Assembly: GCA_031411295.1 (NCBI GenBank)
Contig: JANOAV010000212.1
Span: 1 to 64,000, forward strand
DNA length: 64,000 bases
Source: Verrucomicrobiales bacterium
GTDB lineage: Bacteria > Verrucomicrobiota > Verrucomicrobiia > Verrucomicrobiales > V1-33
Direction: 5' to 3'
In this document: piece after piece, positions 57,165-64,000 of the stretch
How positions within the stretch are numbered: position 1 is the stretch's first letter
Layout: each line of letters starts with the position of its first letter
The notes under the pieces: generated by a model
Seen by the model: the letters and a program-made list of their open reading frames with translations, nothing else
Database searches by the model: none
What the model was told of the DNA's origin: nothing
Program-made: the position numbers and the translations under genes

Positions 57165-59354
57165 ATGCCTGCCACCCTTCATTCCCTGCTCAAACAACAC
57201 TTCGGCTACGATCAATTTCGTCCGCTCCAGGAGGAAATCATTACCGATACCCTGGCCGGACGCGATGTGTTAGCATTGCTGCCCACCGGGGGTGGGAAAT
57301 CGCTCTGTTTCCAACTCCCAGCATTGGTGGGCGAAGGCCTGACGCTGGTGGTGTCCCCCTTGATCGCACTCATGAAGGATCAGGTGGATCAACTCACGGC
57401 GGCGGGCATTCCAGCGACGTTTCTCAATTCCACGCTCGATCCCACGGAGCAACGGGAACGGCTGGATGGCTTGCGGAATGGGCGCTACCGCCTGCTCTAT
57501 GCCGCTCCGGAGCGCATCATGACCGCGGGTTTCATGGCGGAACTGCCTGCGCTCAACGTGGTGCGCATCGCCATTGATGAAGCCCACTGTATCAGCGAGT
57601 GGGGCCATGATTTCCGGCCGGAGTATCAGCAATTGCCCGCGTTGCGGAAAGAACTGCCGAACGTCCCCGTCATCGCGCTCACCGCCACGGCCACCGAGCC
57701 GGTGCGGGAGGACATCGTGAAACATTTGGAACTGCGCGCTCCCCAGCGCTACACCGCCAGTTTCAATCGGCCGAATTTGAGCTATCGCGTGGAAGCCAAA
57801 TCCACTCCGTTCCAACAGGTGATGGAATTCCTTCAATCGCGCCCAGACGACAGCGGCATCATTTACTGTCTCTCCCGCAAGACCACCGAAGAAGTGGCTA
57901 GTAGGCTTACCGCGGCGGGCATCCCGGCGGTCGCTTATCATGCGGGCTTGGAACAAAAGCAGCGCGCGGAGAATCAGGAGCAATTTCTCCGGGATCGCGC
58001 CCGCATCGTTTGCGCCACGATTGCCTTCGGCATGGGGATCAACAAGCCGAACGTGCGCTTCGTGGTCCATTATGATCTGCCGAAAAACCTTGAGGGTTAC
58101 TATCAGGAAACCGGTCGGGCCGGACGCGATGGCTTGCCGGCGGATTGTCTGCTGCTTTTCAGTCCAGGCGATGCCAATCGGTTAACTTCCTTTCTGGATG
58201 ATGTCACGGACCCGGCCGAAGCCGCCCGGTTGCGGCATTTGTTGGACCAAGTGGTGCATTATGCCGAGATCAGCGATTGTCGGCGGCGGGTATTGTTGGA
58301 GTATTTCAGCGAAGTGTATCCGGAGACCAACTGCGGTGGCTGCGACAACTGCGCTAACCCCAAGGAAACGTTCGATGCCACCATCCCAGCCCAGAAGCTG
58401 CTGTCCTGCGTGCTGCGGGCCAATCAGTCCAGCCGCTGGCAATACGGCCTGGGCCATTATTGCGATATCCTCGTCGGGGCTAACACCGCCAAGATTCGCG
58501 ACCAAGCGCACGACCGCATTTCCACCTATGGCATCGGCAAGGAAATGACGCGCAACGAATGGCAGAGCATCGGCCGGGAACTCGCCCGCATGGGCTTCCT
58601 GCATTCTGATGCCACCCGCATGGGCACCTACAGCGTGACGGACGCAGGATTGCAGGCGTTGAAATCGCGCCAGAAATTCACCCTCACGCGACCCGCCCCG
58701 CAGCCAGAGAAGGCCAAACGCACCCTCAGCACCCAGGGCCAGATCGCCTGTGACGAAACGCTCTTTGCCGCCCTGCGCACGTTGCGACGGGAGTTGGCGG
58801 ACGCGCGCGGCGTGCCGCCGTATGTCATCTTTGGCGATGTCCCGCTGCGTCACATGGCCCGACAGTATCCGGTCTCCGATGCCGAATTCCTCCGCATCCC
58901 CGGCGTCGGTCAGCAGAAACTCCAGGACTTCGGAGCCAAGTTCACCGCAGCGATTCAGGCGCATTTGCAGGAGCACGAGCGCCAACCCTTCGAGCCCCTC
59001 CCAGAGGAAACACCCCGCGTCAAACCAACCCGGGATAAAACCATCCTGACCGACACCCAGGCCGAAACCCTGCGCATCTTCCGCCTCAATCCCACCGTGA
59101 AGGGCGTGGCCGAAATCCGCAAACTAGCCGAAAGCACCGTCGCCACCCACCTCGCAGAAGCCATCATAGCCGGCCATGCCGACGACCTCACCCCACGGGA
59201 TTTTCTAACCGAATCGGAAATCACCGAACTGCGCGAAGTCTTCGCCCACGCCGAAAACATCGACCGCCTCGGCCCCATCAAAGAAATGGTCGGAGAGAAA
59301 TTCACCTACCCCCAACTCCACTTCTTCCGCGCGTTTCATGTGCGGGGGTTGTGA
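57165..59354 (+). CDS. recQ: ATP-dependent DNA helicase RecQ
   Basis: PTGGGKS, DEAHC.SEWGHDFRP, ATIAFGMGI and QETGRAGRDG; Zn-binding, RQC, HRDC and HTH domains. Confidence 0.97.
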   Translation: MPATLHSLLKQHFGYDQFRPLQEEIITDTLAGRDVLALLPTGGGKSLCFQLPALVGEGLTLVVSPLIALMKDQVDQLTAAGIPATFLNSTLDPTEQRERLDGLRNGRYRLLYAAPERIMTAGFMAELPALNVVRIAIDEAHCISEWGHDFRPEYQQLPALRKELPNVPVIALTATATEPVREDIVKHLELRAPQRYTASFNRPNLSYRVEAKSTPFQQVMEFLQSRPDDSGIIYCLSRKTTEEVASRLTAAGIPAVAYHAGLEQKQRAENQEQFLRDRARIVCATIAFGMGINKPNVRFVVHYDLPKNLEGYYQETGRAGRDGLPADCLLLFSPGDANRLTSFLDDVTDPAEAARLRHLLDQVVHYAEISDCRRRVLLEYFSEVYPETNCGGCDNCANPKETFDATIPAQKLLSCVLRANQSSRWQYGLGHYCDILVGANTAKIRDQAHDRISTYGIGKEMTRNEWQSIGRELARMGFLHSDATRMGTYSVTDAGLQALKSRQKFTLTRPAPQPEKAKRTLSTQGQIACDETLFAALRTLRRELADARGVPPYVIFGDVPLRHMARQYPVSDAEFLRIPGVGQQKLQDFGAKFTAAIQAHLQEHERQPFEPLPEETPRVKPTRDKTILTDTQAETLRIFRLNPTVKGVAEIRKLAESTVATHLAEAIIAGHADDLTPRDFLTESEITELREVFAHAENIDRLGPIKEMVGEKFTYPQLHFFRAFHVRGL

Positions 59355-59434
59355 TTGACCGAGCGAATATTTCCATGTAGTCTGCCGCCGCTGACAGCTA
59401 ACAGCCGTTTACACTCCCCACGCCGTCACTGACG

Positions 59435-59698
59435 ATGGAATCTCCTATTATTACTTCGCAAAAACCTGAGCCAATCAGAACTGGCATGGCGCAACGTGGC
59501 CCCGTGATGTGGCGCGCGGTGCCACTGGAAGAAGCAGACCGGGAGTTTGACTATCATTTCTGGCAATCACAGACAGCCGATGCCCGCTTTGCCGCCGCTT
59601 GGGAGTTGGTGGAAACGGCTTGGAAAATTAAAGGACTCCCTGCTCATGAACTCCGACTTCAACGATCTGTTGTCCATTTTGAACGATTGCCAGGTTAG
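59435..59698 (+). CDS. small protein, partner of the nucleotidyltransferase
   Basis: D..FWQS.T...RF.AAWEL...RLQRSV motif. Overlaps the downstream gene by 53 nt. Confidence 0.7.
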   Translation: MESPIITSQKPEPIRTGMAQRGPVMWRAVPLEEADREFDYHFWQSQTADARFAAAWELVETAWKIKGLPAHELRLQRSVVHFERLPG

Positions 59699-60089
59699 GT
59701 ATTTGGTGGTCGGAGGTTACGCTTACATTCATTATGCCGAGCCTCGTTATACCAAGGATCTTGACCTCTGGGTGGAGCCATCTTCAGAGAATGCACTTCG
59801 CTTGCGCGAGGCGTTACTTCGCTTCGGCGGATGGGTTGAGGGAATGTCCTTGGAGTATTTTACTACCGAACGCACGATGTTTCAAATCGGCCTGCCTCCG
59901 TGTCGTATCGATTTTTTGACATCGGTGCCAGGGTTAAATTTCGCATCCTCGTATGATCAGAAGAAAGTGGTGGAACTTGACGGTCACGCCGTGCCGTTCA
60001 TTTCTCTGGCAGATCTGATCATCGCCAAACGCACCTCTGGCCGCGCCCAAGATCTGCGTGATTTGGAGGGACTGGAGCGTCCGCAGTGA
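59646..60089 (+). CDS. nucleotidyltransferase (DUF6036/AbiEii-like clan)
   Basis: YLVVGGYA...Y..PRYTKDLD.W, RIDF and LI..KR.SGR.QD..D. Confidence 0.88.
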   Translation: MNSDFNDLLSILNDCQVRYLVVGGYAYIHYAEPRYTKDLDLWVEPSSENALRLREALLRFGGWVEGMSLEYFTTERTMFQIGLPPCRIDFLTSVPGLNFASSYDQKKVVELDGHAVPFISLADLIIAKRTSGRAQDLRDLEGLERPQ

Positions 60090-60387
60090 CCTGGCCGAAT
60101 CACTCCTTGGCAGGCTCACCAGACCTCCGTCCCGGTTAACTCGCGGATTTCATTTGCCAGCACTTCAGCCTGAACCCAGTGATTCAATTTCTCTGTCCAA
60201 ATGTGATGCATGGTGGCCAACGCAGCCTCCGTTTCCCTAATCCGCAGGGCGATGCCGCCCAGCATTTCCGACTGCCGCCGCAGAAGTAAGCGAGAGGGCG
60301 GTCGGAACTTCTGTCTAAATGTGATTCACCTCCGGTTTCTCACCACATCACCCAAGCGTCCTGAAGGGAGGCAAGCGCCGTTAGCGG

Positions 60388-60600
60388 TCAGTATCTCTTT
60401 CCCGTGAGTTTTTCCAAATCATCCTCACATTTTAACAACTTGGCCTGATTTTCTTGATAAAGCTTGTATTCCGCAGATTCTGAATCTCGGTTAACGGCTA
60501 GCGCGCGTTCACTTTGAGTATTACCTTCGTAAGTCGAGATGCGCGACTTGAGATCAGCGATGATTTGCTCGAGAGTAGGTGGAGAGGATGGATCAATCAT
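60388..60600 (-). CDS. small coiled-coil hypothetical protein
   Basis: 70 aa from MIDPSS, 40 nt downstream of the tail-collar gene on the same strand. Confidence 0.5.
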   Translation of the reverse strand: MIDPSSPPTLEQIIADLKSRISTYEGNTQSERALAVNRDSESAEYKLYQENQAKLLKCEDDLEKLTGKRY

Positions 60601-60640
60601 GATGTCAGGTGGTTGTTTGGTTGTTGACGCCTGAATGGCT

Positions 60641-62041
60641 TCAAAATTTGATGATGTAATGGACTGAGGCGTTCTTGGGCCGAGTTTCTGTCGCGGCTCC
60701 TGGAGACTCTTGTGGAACATCTCCGGTATTACCGTTCAAACCGCTGATCGCGGAATACGGACCTCCACTAGCAATGTTACTCTGCGAACTACTTCCGATG
60801 GAAAGCGAGTGATTTCTCAATGAATCATTCTGAACAGAGCCAACCATATCGCCAGTGTTTCCGCCGCCTGCCATTGCTGTGCGGGACGCAGCACCCGAAT
60901 CTCGCCCTGAACCGCCATCGGCACCGCGAAGAAACCGACCCCGATAATCCGGTAATTGAAAAGTTGTGGTGCCATTCCCAGCACCATGGGCGATTCCTAT
61001 CGTCGCAAACAGTCCAGCATACGTCGAACGTGAAATCGCTGATCCATCACAAATCAACCAACCCGCTGGAGCAGTATTTCCTGCAAATGCAGACACCGTT
61101 CCTTTTGGTATCAGGGATTCCAGAATCGCAGGGGAGAGTTTAGAAATAGTAATGGCTCCATCCGATATTGTGGCTGCACTATATGCCTGCATCGCAAACG
61201 GCACCGCCAGCACCCGTTGTCTTGGAACTTGCGCGACGCCACCCACAGTCAATTCCAGCCATTGCTCCCCACCAGCGGCTAAAGCGCCCGAAATGCCACT
61301 TCCAGAGTAACGGTAGGTGGCAGTGATGGTTTGACCGACGCTGGGAGGGCTGGCGTAGCTGGCGGTGATGCTGCCAGTGGCGTAGGTGACCTGAAAGGGG
61401 ATGACGGGAGGTGCGATGGTGATGGTGGCACCTGTAGTATAGCCGCTTCCGGCGTTCGTGATGTTGATGGCTGTCACAGAACCACCGGAAATGGTAGCCG
61501 TAGCAGCGGCACCAGAACCGTTTCCTGTAATCGTGACAGTAGGGGCTGCGGTATAACCGGAACCTCCGCTGGTCACGGTAGCTCCAATGACAAAGCCGGA
61601 GATGACGTTGCTGGTGGCGGTGGCCGGAGCACCGGGGTTCCCTGTGGTTTCATTCCAACTGTAAGTGCCATCGGCCACGCTCACCGTGCCTGCGACCACT
61701 GGCGTGTAACTGAGCGCTTTCTGGAAGGTTTGCGTAGTTCCGTCCGTGATGGCGACGGTTTCGGAAACGAGGGTGGCGCTGGTTCCGGTGGCCCCAAACT
61801 GGAAGCCATAAACGCCGTTGGGATCGACTGTCACATTCCCCATGTTCTCCGAATAAAGCTGGGCACCCGCCGTGGCTGCATTGTAGATTTTGACGCTCAT
61901 GGCTTTCGTCCCCGGTTGTGGGACTCCAGCGGCGTTCGTTAGGCGTCCCTGGTAGTTGATGAGTGAGGGCACATCCGCAGGCGCAACCAGAGCGGTGACC
62001 TGCATGATGGCGAGGGCGGATAGGATTTGGATTGTTTTCAT
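60641..62041 (-). CDS. secreted protein with phage tail-collar domain
   Basis: Signal peptide, [10 protein letters not shown]-terminal module, two GSGYT repeats, and collar domain [18 protein letters not shown]...[11 protein letters not shown]...ETRP.N..V.YIIK. Confidence 0.85.
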   Translation of the reverse strand: MKTIQILSALAIMQVTALVAPADVPSLINYQGRLTNAAGVPQPGTKAMSVKIYNAATAGAQLYSENMGNVTVDPNGVYGFQFGATGTSATLVSETVAITDGTTQTFQKALSYTPVVAGTVSVADGTYSWNETTGNPGAPATATSNVISGFVIGATVTSGGSGYTAAPTVTITGNGSGAAATATISGGSVTAINITNAGSGYTTGATITIAPPVIPFQVTYATGSITASYASPPSVGQTITATYRYSGSGISGALAAGGEQWLELTVGGVAQVPRQRVLAVPFAMQAYSAATISDGAITISKLSPAILESLIPKGTVSAFAGNTAPAGWLICDGSAISRSTYAGLFATIGIAHGAGNGTTTFQLPDYRGRFLRGADGGSGRDSGAASRTAMAGGGNTGDMVGSVQNDSLRNHSLSIGSSSQSNIASGGPYSAISGLNGNTGDVPQESPGAATETRPKNASVHYIIKF

Positions 62042-62063
62042 ATAATTACGGTGAAATTAAGAC

Positions 62064-62681
62064 TCAGGGAATGAAGACGGTAGTGCGGAAGAAGTAGCTG
62101 GAGGGGTGGATCGGGCTGTAGAGCGGGCCGGAGAGGATGGTGGTCTCGTCAAACGAGAACAGCTTCTGAGTGCCATCGCCTGAATAGGTAGTTTGTAGGA
62201 CCCAGTTCGTCAGATCGCGTGTGACCCAGACTTGGTAGTCCCGCCCAGAGACCGTAGGCAGCGGCAGATGGAAGATGCCGTTCGTGAGACTGCCCTCCGG
62301 ACGGAACAGGGAGGCGGAGTTGTTGGGATCAGTGCCCGCGAGGTATTCCATCAGATTACTGGTAGCATCGAAATCTGCGTCTGCCGCAGGATTGACCCAG
62401 TAGTTTCCGAAATGCGTGATCTCCCAACCATCAGGCAAGCCGTTCCCGCTGACGTCCGTGGTGGATGACGGGGTGATCGGATAGAGAACCTCGATCAAGC
62501 CTGGGTGATTTGTGTTGGATGCGCTTTGGGTGCCTACTGTCGCAAATGATTCACCAAAGGATGCGTGATTTGAGAACGCGCCGTTAGTGGATTTACCACC
62601 CCCGGAATCAATTTGGGCGAAGGCCAGAGCGGGAAGCCCGAGCAACGAGCAGGTAATGAAAATGCTAAGAACGGTGGACAT
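62064..62681 (-). CDS. secreted protein with TSP3-like Ca-binding repeat
   Basis: Signal peptide, D..GNGLPDGWE...ADAD.D..SNL.EYLAGTDP and C-terminal Y.V..T.DL.NW...FFR. Confidence 0.8.
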   Translation of the reverse strand: MSTVLSIFITCSLLGLPALAFAQIDSGGGKSTNGAFSNHASFGESFATVGTQSASNTNHPGLIEVLYPITPSSTTDVSGNGLPDGWEITHFGNYWVNPAADADFDATSNLMEYLAGTDPNNSASLFRPEGSLTNGIFHLPLPTVSGRDYQVWVTRDLTNWVLQTTYSGDGTQKLFSFDETTILSGPLYSPIHPSSYFFRTTVFIP

Positions 62682-63178
62682 GAGGACGTTTTATGAGGAT
62701 TAGCTGCAGCTTTCAGGATGCCTGAGGGACCAATTCCGTATTAGAGATGGTCGCTTCTCATAAACTCTTATTTCTGAACGGCAAGGGAAACCCCGTCAAA
62801 AGTCCACCATAGCGCCTACAAAATAACGTTTAGTGCGGCCAAGGTTATTTATGTAACAAAAATATGGACGCTCGCAACTAAACTGGCTAGATCGCACAAA
62901 AATCCTGACCCGTTAATCTTTTGTTCCGCGTGTTGCATTCCCCTGCTTCATGCCATGAACCACCAGCCGTTCAGATTGTCGCTTTTAGAGGACACCGCAG
63001 CCATTCTCTCTGGCAGCGGCGGCGGGGAGATGTTGTTTTACGCCCGTTCCGGTTTGGGGGTTGCTGTAGCAGGGGCGCGCTCAAGACTGGGAAATTCCAA
63101 AACTACCTCAAGGATTTCCTCCATACGGGCTAGGTGCTTTACTTGGTGGTGCAACTGGAGTAAGTGCTATCAGGAGAT

Positions 63179-63568
63179 TTACGCTGCAGCTCCCAACCCG
63201 GTTGAATCGGGTGAGCTCGGGTGCTCCCGTGCCGAGGGTTGCTGCGGATTCCTAGCATTTAAATAGGCGATTCGACCGAACTCTGTGATTCCGTATGAAG
63301 CTGCAACAGGAAGGCCTCGCATTCTCCAAAATCGGGTAAATGTGGGCCGATAACCTTCTTGGGAGACTAAGTTGGCGATGATCAAACCACTTTCTACGGC
63401 GTGCCAGAAGACACGAGTGAATGCCCTTACTCCTTCGGGTCCATAAGCTCGAACCGCAGCCCGTAAAGCCTCTGGACTAAGCGGACCATTGCTATTGTGA
63501 AGCGGCTCCAATAAAGCAGCGATGGATTGGATCGACATGGCGGAGGAGTTGTTTTGCATTGTGTTCAT
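63179..63568 (-). CDS. hypothetical protein, possible winged helix
   Basis: About 130 aa. Ends with YGITEFGR..L, a wHTH-like wing. Start codon uncertain (63598, 63568 or 63559). Confidence 0.5.
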   Translation of the reverse strand: MNTMQNNSSAMSIQSIAALLEPLHNSNGPLSPEALRAAVRAYGPEGVRAFTRVFWHAVESGLIIANLVSQEGYRPTFTRFWRMRGLPVAASYGITEFGRIAYLNARNPQQPSAREHPSSPDSTGLGAAA

Positions 63569-63602
63569 AATTTGATTTGTGTTGGGATTTTGTCTCATTT
63601 TT

Positions 63603-63998
63603 CTAGTTGTGCTGAGTTTGGTTTCGAAGGCGGCCCCGAAGTTCGGAGGCTACGGATGCCACCACGAGGATGGTGATTTGGATCTCCTCGGCAGTGGCGT
63701 GGGCCGAAATGCACATAGAGAAGATCGCCATTTCCAATTGCCCGCAGGTCGTTAACGCCCAGGACCCTTGCGAGTGCTCAGAATTTTCCCTTAGCAGAGT
63801 CCGCATCAGTTGTGCGCCCCACCAAGGTTCTTCGTTATTCGTCCCTGCGGTATAGACACACCGGAAATCATCCTGCCTGAATCCATGTAATTGCGGTCCA
63901 AGCACGACAGGTTGTGGGCTCGAATTCTCAATATTGATAATCACGGCGTGGCTACCGTCATCAAGGATTTCGTATTCGAAGCCGGCTAGGTCTAGGGC
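63603..63998 (-). CDS. CesT/YbjN-like chaperone-fold protein, 5' end outside the window
   Basis: The frame stays open to the window edge (ALDLAGFEYEILDDG...). LLREN....GSW and C-terminal helix ...VASVASEL. Confidence 0.55.
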   Translation of the reverse strand, partial: ALDLAGFEYEILDDGSHAVIINIENSSPQPVVLGPQLHGFRQDDFRCVYTAGTNNEEPWWGAQLMRTLLRENSEHSQGSWALTTCGQLEMAIFSMCISAHATAEEIQITILVVASVASELRGRLRNQTQHN

Positions 63999-64000
63999 TT

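Noticed and set aside
60116..60265. 49-aa minus-strand ORF MLGGIALRIRET...
   Set aside because: Short, with no recognisable motif or ribosome-binding site; could be a remnant but is unsupported.
60641..64000. Prophage
   Set aside because: No capsid, terminase, portal, integrase or lysis genes, and the collar protein has a signal peptide.

Overview
Bacterial chromosome segment whose gene content points to the PVC superphylum, most likely Verrucomicrobia (DUF1549/DUF1553 + DUF1501 pair, ECF sigma-Ser/Thr kinase pair, long-form IspG). The backbone holds ispD, an M16 peptidase, mlaE/F-like ABC genes, can, kup, a GldA/F/G-like ABC operon, tatA, rseP-ispG, cinA, tRNA-Thr(TGT), yebC, purB and recQ. 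Accessory pockets: (1) an integron-type cassette array at 133-2541 with five attC-like hairpins and no integrase in the window; (2) a 1.5 kb islet bounded by a 29-bp direct repeat of the DUF1501 3' end, carrying two paralogous CxxC proteins; (3) a scar region at 19.5-21.6 kb with gene remnants and two ~70-bp direct repeats resembling IS91/ISCR oriIS ends; (4) a tightly coupled operon of sterol desaturase, small protein, HTTM protein and permuted NlpC/P60 lipoprotein, next to a solo PD-(D/E)xK nuclease; (5) a lipid-modification cluster split by a Fic gene; (6) two TA-like pairs; (7) a 135-nt multi-stem noncoding element before tRNA-Thr; (8) a signal-peptide-bearing phage tail-collar protein. 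All family calls come from motif recognition by eye; no database search was run.
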